This document shows positions 18,776 through 28,690 of a stretch of DNA of 64,000 nucleotides, in pieces (position 1 is the first letter of the stretch; each line of letters starts with the position of its first letter). Position numbers and translations under genes: made by a program. Origin of the DNA: Candidatus Multivoradales bacterium (GTDB taxonomy: Bacteria; Acidobacteriota; Thermoanaerobaculia; Multivoradales; Multivoraceae); the NCBI GenBank assembly GCA_965223325.1, contig CBDCWI010000001.1, positions 704,001 through 768,000 on the forward strand. The letters run 5' to 3'. The notes beneath the pieces are model-generated. The model saw only the letters and a program-made list of their open reading frames with translations. It did no database searches and was not told where the DNA came from.

Positions 18776-19049
18776 ACAGCAAGGGATACACGACGGCCGG
18801 GAACGAGAGGCGTCCTGGCGAGGTCCAGGCCCCCGGCATTCGCTCCGCCAGGGACTCTTGCTGTAGACTGTTTTCTCCGGAGTTTCAGGGATAACCTTGG
18901 GCTCCTTAGGCACTTGACTGCAGAGCCACCCCACCGAATTTTCCACGATTTCGAGAGCTGGCCTCTCCCTCCTGCCCGTTGAGTCACCCGACCCAACACC
19001 CGCCCTGCCCGGGCCCCTCCTTCCTCACTCGCCCTCGGAGTCTCCCAAC

Positions 19050-22000
19050 ATGCTGATTCAGACCGCGACCTCGCGCGTTGACTTCCTGCCGCGTCTTGCT
19101 GGCCCGATTGCTCTCTTCTCTCTCTTCGCACTCATCCTCGCGACTCCGGTCGTCGCCCAGTGCCCTCCCGGCACCGACGTCGGCGGCCAGCTGGTTCGAG
19201 AGTTCGAGCTCGACGGGTCCTTCGACAACAGCGCCGCCAACCACGATTTCTCAGGCAATCCGAGCCCAGTGCCCGGCGACTTCCCAGACCCACCACCCCA
19301 CGGACTCTGCACCGATGCCATGGGCAGCAATTCCATTTGTATCGAGGCGTTCACCGGTGGTAACTCCTACACCGACGTCGGGCGCGACACCATTCCCAAA
19401 CGATCTCCCGAGTGGGGACTCGGCGGGCACACGGTCGAGATCTTCGCTGCCGGAAACGTCAGCCTTGGTACCACGATGACGAATCCGGCCGACGGGACGT
19501 GGAGTTTCACCCACGCCGCCCTGTCGGCCGGCGACCCGGTGACCGTCGAGTACCTCGCCGGCCCAAGCTACTTTCATTCGGGCCCGTCGGGCTCTGACAA
19601 CCGCACGTCGGTGGTTCACACGACGGTTGGTGACTGCAGCGTCGACTTCACAGTCGCTAATCCCGCGGATCATTGCAGCGCCGATCCCGATCTCGGCCTG
19701 GCCTGCTTCGTGCGCTCGACCAGTACCGCGACCGACACCCTGATTCGCTTCGGTTGGAACGAGGGTTACCCCTTCGTCGTCGAACGCGAACGTCCCGCGA
19801 CGGCTGGTGGAGGGTCGATTCCCAATCCTGATCCCGGGGCCACTCCCAACTACGACTGGCTCGGTTTCGACGCCGACGAGGAGTACATGCCTCCGATCCC
19901 CGCTGCCACAGCAGTCGGAACGCGCGCCGAGATTGGCAACGTCTTCGGGGTCGCCTGGGACGCCAAGCGCGGAGTTTTCATGAGCTCGGCTTTCTTCAAG
20001 CTCGACGCTCCCCTGTTGACCGACGGCGCACGCACCCGTTTCGGCGCGATCTACCAGGGCAACAGTCTGTGGCTCGATCTCGGCGATCCCGCCGGCCTGG
20101 CGATGACCCTCGACCGAGGTGCCGTCTGCGACTTCGACAACAACGGCAGCGCAAACGAGTACTGCGTCAACGACATTGGTTTCAACGGGCTCGGTGATCT
20201 CGAAATCAGCGACGACTGGAACACACTGTTTTCAGTCAATCTGGCCACCCAGCAGATCGTCGCCATTCCGATTCTTCCGGACGGATCACCAGACGACGCC
20301 AACGTGCGCCTCTACCAGGCGCCCGAGCCTGCCAACTGCAGCGCCGACAACCCCGGCGGCTTCAGTCGCACCCGCGCCCCCTTTGCGCTCGGCTTTCACG
20401 AGGGTGAACTCTACGTTGGTGTCACCTGCACCCAGGGCATCGATGGCAACCCCGCTGGTGCCGACCAGCTCGGCGCTTCGCCCGGCCCGCATGGTTACGT
20501 GTTCCGGTTCGACCCCAGCAACCCGCCGGCGGCACCAGGGTACGTCCAGGTTGCAGCCGTCGACCTGACCTACGAGAAGACCTTCTACACCGAGGGCTAC
20601 ATCCTGCCGGCCACCTTCTTCGGCGACGATGGTTACGGCGGCTTCGCCAACTACAAGAACTGGGGCGACCAGGCTGACATCGTCGACTTCTTCACCAACG
20701 CCTCTGGTCTGACCGGCGCCGATGGCCAACACGATCAGTTCCCGCGCTGTGGAACCGGTAACGCCGAGAACTTCAACGGCTCCTTCAACCAGCCCTGGCT
20801 GGTCGATCTCGAGTTCGACGTCAAACCCGACGGCACCGACGACGTGATCCTCGGGGTGCGCAACCGCTTCCTCGATCAGTTCGAAGCCTCGGGCTGCGTC
20901 AACGGTGGCGGCGTCATCAGGCTTTGCGAATCAGCGGCCGGCTCGACGACCTGGGTTCAGGAGACTCCGGGAACCGGAGCCTGTGGCACGCTCGCCCCCG
21001 GTACCGGCCCCGGCGAAACCCGCGCCGATGCGCCCTTCAAGCCCAACGCTCCGCAGTTCTTCATGGATCAGGGCGCGGAGGGCCGCTTTACGAATGGCGC
21101 ACTGGCTGCCATTCCTGGTTTCCTCGAACTCGCCGTACCAGGCACCGACAACATCAGCAACCAGAACTCCTCTGGGCTCAGCTGGCTGAGCATGCTCGAC
21201 GGCGCCCACGAGCGCACCTCCTTGCTGCTCGGCGCGATGACCAGCGTCGACGCCGGTTACATCAAGTCGCCAACCTGGGGTGACATCGAAGCGGCCTGCC
21301 CAGCACCACCGCTCGAGATCGGCAACTATGTCTGGCTCGACACAGTGACCGCCAACGGCATTCAGGACGCCGACGAAGCAGCAGTGCCGGGCGTCACGGT
21401 CAATCTCTATCAGGACGCCAACGGCGACGGCCAACTGCAGGTGGCGGAGCGAATCCCGGGCAACCTGATTGCGACGACCACGACCAACGGCGACGGTCAG
21501 TACCTGTTCACCAATGCCGACGGCCTCGTATGGGATACCAACTACGTCGTCGACATCGCCCCCTCGAACTTCGATCCCGGCGGGCCCCTCGACGGCTACA
21601 CCGCCGCCATGTCCAACGTACCGGGAACCGAGACCCGTGATTCAGACGGCGTAGTGCAGCCGGCTGGCGTCTTCGGTGCCGCCGTCGCCACCGGCGCTCC
21701 CGGCCAGAACGATCACCGCTACGACTTCGGTTTCGTACTCCAGATCGTCGGCCCGCCACCGCCGCTTTCACTCGGCAACCGGGTCTGGTTCGACGAGGGT
21801 GCCGGCGGAGCAACCCGCAACGACGGCCTGCAAAGCGGCGCTGAACCAGGCGTCGCCGGCGTGCTCCTCGAACTGCTCGACGAAACCATGGCCCCGGTCG
21901 ACCTTGGCGCCGGGCCAGTCACCTCGGTTACCGATGGCTCAGGGCACTACTTGTTCGACAATCTCCCACCGGGTCGCTACATCGTGCGGGTCGCGCCGAT

Positions 22001-22370
22001 GAACTTCGACGCCGGTGGGCCTCTAGAGGACTACTCGAGCTCGACCCCGACCGAGACGTCACCCGACGACAACGCCGACACAGCCGACAACGGCCTGAAC
22101 GGCGGCAACCTGGCGACCGACGGGGTCAAGTCGGGAATCATCACGCTCACACCTGACCTCGAGCCAACCGGCGAAACCGACGTGGGCGCACAGGGATCGG
22201 GAGTTGCCGACGACGACGACTCGAACTTGACCGTCGACTTCGGCTTCATCCTCGGCCCGGCACCCCCGCCACCCGACGTGTACAGCGTGCCAAGCCTGGG
22301 CGGCATCGGCCTCCTGGTTCTGGTGCTCGTGCTGCTAGGCCTGGCCCTACCCCGCCTCCACGCCCGCTAG
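19050..22370 (+). CDS. Large surface protein with two SdrD B-like (Cna-B) domains and an IPTL-CTERM-like anchor
   Basis: Signal peptide; EIGNYVWLD...NGIQD...GQYLF...YDFGF and LSLGNRVWFD...DG.Q...GHYLF...VDFGF repeats; C-terminal VPSLGGIGLLVLVLVLLGLALPRLHAR. Confidence 0.85.
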   Translation: MLIQTATSRVDFLPRLAGPIALFSLFALILATPVVAQCPPGTDVGGQLVREFELDGSFDNSAANHDFSGNPSPVPGDFPDPPPHGLCTDAMGSNSICIEAFTGGNSYTDVGRDTIPKRSPEWGLGGHTVEIFAAGNVSLGTTMTNPADGTWSFTHAALSAGDPVTVEYLAGPSYFHSGPSGSDNRTSVVHTTVGDCSVDFTVANPADHCSADPDLGLACFVRSTSTATDTLIRFGWNEGYPFVVERERPATAGGGSIPNPDPGATPNYDWLGFDADEEYMPPIPAATAVGTRAEIGNVFGVAWDAKRGVFMSSAFFKLDAPLLTDGARTRFGAIYQGNSLWLDLGDPAGLAMTLDRGAVCDFDNNGSANEYCVNDIGFNGLGDLEISDDWNTLFSVNLATQQIVAIPILPDGSPDDANVRLYQAPEPANCSADNPGGFSRTRAPFALGFHEGELYVGVTCTQGIDGNPAGADQLGASPGPHGYVFRFDPSNPPAAPGYVQVAAVDLTYEKTFYTEGYILPATFFGDDGYGGFANYKNWGDQADIVDFFTNASGLTGADGQHDQFPRCGTGNAENFNGSFNQPWLVDLEFDVKPDGTDDVILGVRNRFLDQFEASGCVNGGGVIRLCESAAGSTTWVQETPGTGACGTLAPGTGPGETRADAPFKPNAPQFFMDQGAEGRFTNGALAAIPGFLELAVPGTDNISNQNSSGLSWLSMLDGAHERTSLLLGAMTSVDAGYIKSPTWGDIEAACPAPPLEIGNYVWLDTVTANGIQDADEAAVPGVTVNLYQDANGDGQLQVAERIPGNLIATTTTNGDGQYLFTNADGLVWDTNYVVDIAPSNFDPGGPLDGYTAAMSNVPGTETRDSDGVVQPAGVFGAAVATGAPGQNDHRYDFGFVLQIVGPPPPLSLGNRVWFDEGAGGATRNDGLQSGAEPGVAGVLLELLDETMAPVDLGAGPVTSVTDGSGHYLFDNLPPGRYIVRVAPMNFDAGGPLEDYSSSTPTETSPDDNADTADNGLNGGNLATDGVKSGIITLTPDLEPTGETDVGAQGSGVADDDDSNLTVDFGFILGPAPPPPDVYSVPSLGGIGLLVLVLVLLGLALPRLHAR

Positions 22371-22640
22371 GTCCACGGCTCGAGCTCCGTCTTCACCGCC
22401 TTCTTGGCGATCTGGAGGGCGGGGTCGCGGCCCCGGCTGCGGTTGAGGCTGCGGTTGGGGTTGGGAAACGGGCCGCGCCGGCGATCCTGGGCAGCGCGGC
22501 CCCTCTTCGGACTGCGGTGCGGAGCGCCGCCTGCCCGCGGGATCTCGACAGACGGGAACCGACCGCGACTGCACATTGAAACGTAGAGCCCTTGCTCTGC
22601 TATCTTCGGCCGCCGCCCCAACGACCCGTCCCCTCCAGAA

Positions 22641-24248
<1,608 letters not shown>

Positions 24249-24273
24249 GTCCCAACAACAGAATCCCTCCTCC

Positions 24274-25206
24274 ATGAGCTACGACCGCATTCTTTTCACC
24301 GACGGTGGCGCCAGCCCCAACCCCGGACCAGGCGGATGGGGCGTCGTGAGTATCGACCCCGCAAGCGGCGAAACCACCGACCTCTCAGGCGGCGAAAAGG
24401 AAAGCACCAACAACCGCATGGAGCTAACTGCCGCCATCAAGGCCCTCGAGTCCCTCGCCCTCGGCTCGCGCGTGCAGCTGGTCACCGACTCCAAGTACCT
24501 GCGCCAGGGCATGACGGAGTGGCTACCGCGCTGGATCGACAACGGCTGGAAGCGCAAGGTGGGAAAGAAGCTCGAGCCGGTCAAGAACGAAGACCTCTGG
24601 CGACGGCTGCACGAACTCGAGAAGCGCCATCAGGTCACCTGGAGCTGGATCAAGGGCCACGCCGGCCACGAGCACAACGAACGCGCCGACGAGCTAGCCA
24701 CGCGTGAGATCGAAAAGCGCACCGCCCTCGAGACGGCCAGTCAACCAACACGGGAACCCGCTGACTTCGAGGTCTTCCTCAAGATCACCTGCAACAAGAC
24801 CAAGGGCGCGTGGGCAGCGCAGGTTGACACCTCCAGTGGCAAACAAGAAGTTCTGACCGGGCGCCGCGACGGAGTCTCAGCCAATCAGCTCGACCTCGAA
24901 GCAGCAGCCGCCGTCCTCGAGCACCTCCCCCGCGGCACCGTCGCCTTCCACACTGGAAGCGACTACCTACGCCGCGGCGCCACCGAATGGGTAGCCAGCT
25001 GGAAGCGCTCCGGCTGGACCACCAAGGCAGGCACCCCCGTCCAGAACCGCGCCCTCTGGCAGAAGCTCGACGACATCCTGCGCACCAGACGCGCCGGTGG
25101 AAAGCCCGTGACCTGGCCGAAAGAGCCAGCGGCAAAAGAAACCCTCGAGGCGCTCTACCCGATCGCCAAAGAAGTGCAACAGGGAACCCGCGAACCAACC
25201 CACTGA
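24274..25206 (+). CDS. rnhA: Ribonuclease HI with a second, degenerate RNase H-like domain
   Basis: Domain 1: TDGG..PNPGPGGWG, TNNRMEL, TDSKY, WIKGHAG...NERADELA. Domain 2: SANQLDL, TGSDYLRRGATEWVASWKRSGW, VQNRALWQKL. Confidence 0.92.
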   Translation: MSYDRILFTDGGASPNPGPGGWGVVSIDPASGETTDLSGGEKESTNNRMELTAAIKALESLALGSRVQLVTDSKYLRQGMTEWLPRWIDNGWKRKVGKKLEPVKNEDLWRRLHELEKRHQVTWSWIKGHAGHEHNERADELATREIEKRTALETASQPTREPADFEVFLKITCNKTKGAWAAQVDTSSGKQEVLTGRRDGVSANQLDLEAAAAVLEHLPRGTVAFHTGSDYLRRGATEWVASWKRSGWTTKAGTPVQNRALWQKLDDILRTRRAGGKPVTWPKEPAAKETLEALYPIAKEVQQGTREPTH

Positions 25207-25213
25207 ACCGGCC

Positions 25214-25528
25214 AAGGCGCGCGCATGAAGGCGCGACCTGCGAAGCACGAGCATGCAGGACCAACCATTCCGGCTCCGAGACCAACCAATCCGCGCAAGC
25301 CGCCGAAGGCGCGCGCATGAAGGCGCGACGTGCGAAGCACGAGCATGCAGGACCAGCCATTCCGGCTCCGAGACCAACCAATCCGCGCAAGCCGCCGAAG
25401 GCGCGCGCATGAAGGCGCGATGTGCGAAGCACGAGCATGCAGGACCAGCCATTCCGGCTCCGAGACCAACCAATCCGCGCAAGCCGCCGAAGGCGCGCGC
25501 ATGAAGGCGCGATGTGCGAAGCACGAGC
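25214..25528. repeat. Tandem repeat, 92-bp unit x about 3.4, non-coding
   Basis: AAGGCGCGCGCATGAAGGCGCGA... starts at 25214, 25306, 25398 and 25490 (period 92). Copies differ at only a few positions and have no unique spacers. Confidence 0.95.
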
Positions 25529-25572
25529 GTACACCCCCCTCATCCCACTCGGGCATCGCGCCAACTCCGAGA

Positions 25573-25861
25573 GGGCGGAGAGTGGAGCTCGGGACTGCCC
25601 GCGGAGCAGTCAGACGGTAAAGGCGCAGGATCCAGCTTAGGGGTGCACGGCGTGCGGGGCGGATCAGGGTGGGTAAGTGTCTGAGCGGAGCACCCACCCA
25701 AGAACCAGGCCGCGATGGACCAAGAGAAACCAACGAAGACCGCCGCGCTACCGGCGAAGCGCAGCGAGTTTTGCCCACCCCCGCCCCGCGCCCCGGGCAC
25801 CCCTTAGCTGGATGCGCCGGCCGTCGCGGAGCGGGCAGTCCCGGAGCTCCACTCTCCGCCC
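25573..25861. repeat. Long imperfect inverted repeat (~290-bp palindromic element, REPIN/MITE-like)
   Basis: GGGCGGAGAGTGGAGCTC-GGGACTGCCCGC (25573-25602) matches the reverse complement of 25831-25861 with one indel. Inner arms ATCCAGCTTAGGGGTGC...GCGGGGCGG and CCGCCCCGC...GCACCCCTTAGCTGGAT also pair, as do GGGTGGGTAA and TTGCCCACCC. Confidence 0.88.
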
Positions 25862-25917
25862 GGCGACCTGGCACACCGTCACAATCCTGCACCCCCCACC
25901 CCCTGCACGCCACGACA

Positions 25918-25959
25918 CAATCCTGCCCCCAATCCTGCCCCCAGTCCTGCCCCCAATCC
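25918..25959. repeat. 12-bp tandem repeat (CAATCCTGCCCC) x3.5
   Basis: CAATCCTGCCCC CAATCCTGCCCC CAGTCCTGCCCC CAATCC, followed by ATCCC repeats. Confidence 0.9.
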
Positions 25960-25986
25960 AATCCCATCCCATCCCAAAAAGGCCGG

Positions 25987-27678
25987 TTAACCGCGTTCAG
26001 CAACCCAGCGCGCCAACGCCTCCCGATCGATCTTGGCGTTATGCCGAATGTCGACCGGAAACCCCGGATGAAACTCGATCCGCTCAATCTCACGACTCGC
26101 CGCATGCCGCCCACAAAGCTCAAACAGCTCTGCCCGCAACTCACCCTGGTCGCGCCCCCGAGACTCAACCTCGAGCTCAACACAAAGACCAGCAACAACC
26201 GACCCGTCATCAGCCAGAACCCCAACCAACGCCGACCGCCGAACGTCAGGATGCGTATTGATCGGACCTTCAGCGGCAATCGAATAAAGCGTGCTGAACG
26301 GCGTTTCGACCCGATGCGCCTTACGCCCACACATGAACAGCCGCCCCCGCCGATCGAAATACCCCACATCCCCGGTACGATGCCAGATCACCCCCCCGAC
26401 CAGGACCTTGTGGAAGGCGTCGGCAGTGGGGCTACCGACATAGCGCGGGCTCACGTTCGGGCCGGTGACCATGATCTCGCCGATCTCGCCAAGAGTCCGG
26501 GTCTTGATCTCGCTGATGTCGGAGCGGTCGTGCATCGGTTCGTCGGTGATCGGCACGATCTCGACCGAGACCTCCGGCAGCGGCCGGCCGACACAAACGC
26601 CGGCCCCTTTGCCTGTCTGCTCGCCGGCGCCCTCACGGATCTCAGATGATCCAATCGTCGCGATCGGAAGACACTCGGTCGCACCGTAGGGAGTGTGGAC
26701 CTCGACCTCGCTTCTGAGGCATGCCGCCAAGCGCTCGACAGACTCAGCGCGCGCCGGCGCACCGGCCGAGATCACCCGTTCGAGGCTCGGAAGTTGCCGG
26801 CGGTTGAGAGTGCAGTAGCGCCCGAGCTTCTCGACCAGCGCCGGGCTCATGAAGGCATTGGTGCACTCGTAGCGCTCGAGCGCCGCGAGGAGCTTCTCGG
26901 GATCGGCCGCGGCCGGCTGGCTGGCATCCATATCGGGGACCACCGCCGCCATGCCGAGAGCTGGCCCGAAGAGAGCGAACAAGGGAAAGGTCGCGAGATC
27001 GCGTTCGCCAGGCGTGATACCGAAACACTCGCGCAGCATGTCGACCTGCGCGGCGAACATGCCATGAGTGTAGAGCGCCCCCTTCGGAGGGCCGGTACTC
27101 CCGCTGGTAAACAGCACCGCCGCTTCGCTCGCCGCCCTCGATCGAGGCAACTCGAACTTCGCTTCTCCCAGGAGCTTTGCACCCCGGCGCTCGAGTTGCG
27201 CCTGGGTCATTCCCACGCCGGGTAAGAACCGAGGACCCACGGTGACCGCACGGCGCACCGTCGGGCGCCCCCAACCCAGCAACAGGCGAGCGATCTGGGC
27301 GCGGTGCACTCCCAGAAAAGCCACTGGGCCTACATCGGCGAGCGACCGCCGTACCCACTGTCGCGGAAGGCCGGGATCGATCAGAACGGGCACCGCCTCG
27401 ACTCGAAAGAGCGCGAAGACGAGGACAAAGAAGTCGAGGCCGGGCGGCACGAAGACAACACAACGATCACCGGCCGACCAACCGTCAGCCCGCAGACCGG
27501 CGGCCAGCGCGTCGACCCGGCGATCGAGGACTCCCGCCGACAGCTCGACAAACGATCCGTCGCGCTGGGCTACGGCAACGGCCAGACGCTCGGGATCCTC
27601 CTCGGCCAGAAAGCGTAGATGATTGCTGACGTTGACGGTGGCGGTCGGTTCCGCCGCTCGATTCTCTTGCGTCCTCAC
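25987..27678 (-). CDS. oleC: OleC-like AMP-dependent ligase (beta-lactone synthetase)
   Basis: LFTSGSTGPPKG, TPYGATE, WHRTGDVG, CGRKAHRV and the OleC-typical tail FPVDIRHNAKI. GTG 27678 overlaps the oleB stop (GTGA). Confidence 0.9.
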   Translation of the reverse strand: MRTQENRAAEPTATVNVSNHLRFLAEEDPERLAVAVAQRDGSFVELSAGVLDRRVDALAAGLRADGWSAGDRCVVFVPPGLDFFVLVFALFRVEAVPVLIDPGLPRQWVRRSLADVGPVAFLGVHRAQIARLLLGWGRPTVRRAVTVGPRFLPGVGMTQAQLERRGAKLLGEAKFELPRSRAASEAAVLFTSGSTGPPKGALYTHGMFAAQVDMLRECFGITPGERDLATFPLFALFGPALGMAAVVPDMDASQPAAADPEKLLAALERYECTNAFMSPALVEKLGRYCTLNRRQLPSLERVISAGAPARAESVERLAACLRSEVEVHTPYGATECLPIATIGSSEIREGAGEQTGKGAGVCVGRPLPEVSVEIVPITDEPMHDRSDISEIKTRTLGEIGEIMVTGPNVSPRYVGSPTADAFHKVLVGGVIWHRTGDVGYFDRRGRLFMCGRKAHRVETPFSTLYSIAAEGPINTHPDVRRSALVGVLADDGSVVAGLCVELEVESRGRDQGELRAELFELCGRHAASREIERIEFHPGFPVDIRHNAKIDREALARWVAERG

Positions 27679-28595
27679 TGACTGCCCGCCCCTAGAAAGC
27701 TCATGACCCTCTGCGTGACGGCAAGGCGCTCGTCCTCGAGCACGAAATGGCCGGCTTCGGGAAAGGCCTCGAACTCGGCCTCCGGGCAGCGGCGCTGCCA
27801 CTCGGCGTAGAAGTCCCGGTCGAAGATGAAGTCCTGAAGGCCGAAGAGGATGAGCTTGGGCACCTGGGTGAGCTTGCTCAAGCCAGCGGCCGTCGCATGA
27901 ACGTATTCCCAGGTGGGATGCGCCGGGCCAAGGGGAATGTCGGTGACAAAGCGGTGCACCGCGAGTCGATTCGCCCACGAGTCGTAAGGTGCTTTGTAAC
28001 CCGCGACTGCCTCGTCATCCAGGCCCCGGATCGCGCAGCGTTCGACGGTGCCGCGAACGAAGAGGTTGAGGCCCCGCACCAGCAATGCTCCCAGAAGTGG
28101 TGTTCGAGCGAGCCGCAGCTCAGGCATCACGGGCTTGCCTTCTGGCAGCGGAAACGCCGAGGTGTTGAGGAGAACCAAGCGCTCAACGCGCTCGCAATGG
28201 CGCGTCGCCCAGGACGACGCGATCATGCCACCCCAGTCGTGAGCGATGAAGGTCACGCGATCGAAGCCGAGGGCGTCGATCAAAGCGTCGAGCTCAGCCA
28301 CCCGGCGCTCGAGGGTGAAGCTCCAGTCAGCAGCTCTCGGCTTCTCCGACAGCCCGCACCCTATCCAGTCAGGCGCGATGACCCGCCGGCTCTGGCTGAC
28401 CGGCGGAATCAGGTGCCGCCAGTGGAAGCTCCACGTCGGGTTGCCGTGCAACATGAAGACCGGTGACCCCTCGGGAGCGCCCTCTCTCGAAGCTTCATCG
28501 AGGTAATGCAGACGAGCTTGTTGCCCTCCGATGTCGAGGTCCAGCCAAGCGGAGCGCAGGTCTCTGATTGCCGCACGGCAGGCGAATTCGTTCAC
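27675..28595 (-). CDS. oleB: OleB-like alpha/beta hydrolase (haloalkane-dehalogenase-like beta-lactone decarboxylase)
   Basis: LHGNPTWSF, APDWIGCGLSEKP, nucleophile HDWGG, FVTDIPL and AGHFVLED; located between oleA and oleC. Alternative start GTG 28697. Confidence 0.88.
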   Translation of the reverse strand: MNEFACRAAIRDLRSAWLDLDIGGQQARLHYLDEASREGAPEGSPVFMLHGNPTWSFHWRHLIPPVSQSRRVIAPDWIGCGLSEKPRAADWSFTLERRVAELDALIDALGFDRVTFIAHDWGGMIASSWATRHCERVERLVLLNTSAFPLPEGKPVMPELRLARTPLLGALLVRGLNLFVRGTVERCAIRGLDDEAVAGYKAPYDSWANRLAVHRFVTDIPLGPAHPTWEYVHATAAGLSKLTQVPKLILFGLQDFIFDRDFYAEWQRRCPEAEFEAFPEAGHFVLEDERLAVTQRVMSFLGAGSQ

Positions 28596-28690
28596 GAAGG
28601 AATTGCCGGTGGGAGGGAGGTCTCTACAAGAACAGCAGGAACAAGGGCAGCTGCAAGAGGAGCAGGAGGAGAAAAAAGCGGCTAAGGCGC

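Noticed and set aside
17105-18946. 613-aa version of the reductase and 516-aa ORF 17225-18775
   Set aside because: Each extension is the antisense of the other real gene; the true genes are 17105-18175 (-) and 18278-18775 (+).
25214-25528. CRISPR array
   Set aside because: Whole 92-bp units repeat with no unique spacers, and there are no cas genes in the window.
24274-25986. Retroelement or DGR (RNase H plus repeats)
   Set aside because: No reverse transcriptase is present, there is no template/variable repeat pair with A-specific changes, and the RNase H is the cellular HI type following prfC.
24785-26649. Track ORFs across the repeat region (24785-25564, 25155-26369, 25669-26649 and others)
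   Set aside because: They translate non-triplet repeats or the antisense strand of rnhA/oleC, giving low-complexity products with no motifs.
27675-28595. True haloalkane dehalogenase
   Set aside because: The fold and motifs are shared, but its position between oleA and oleC favours OleB.
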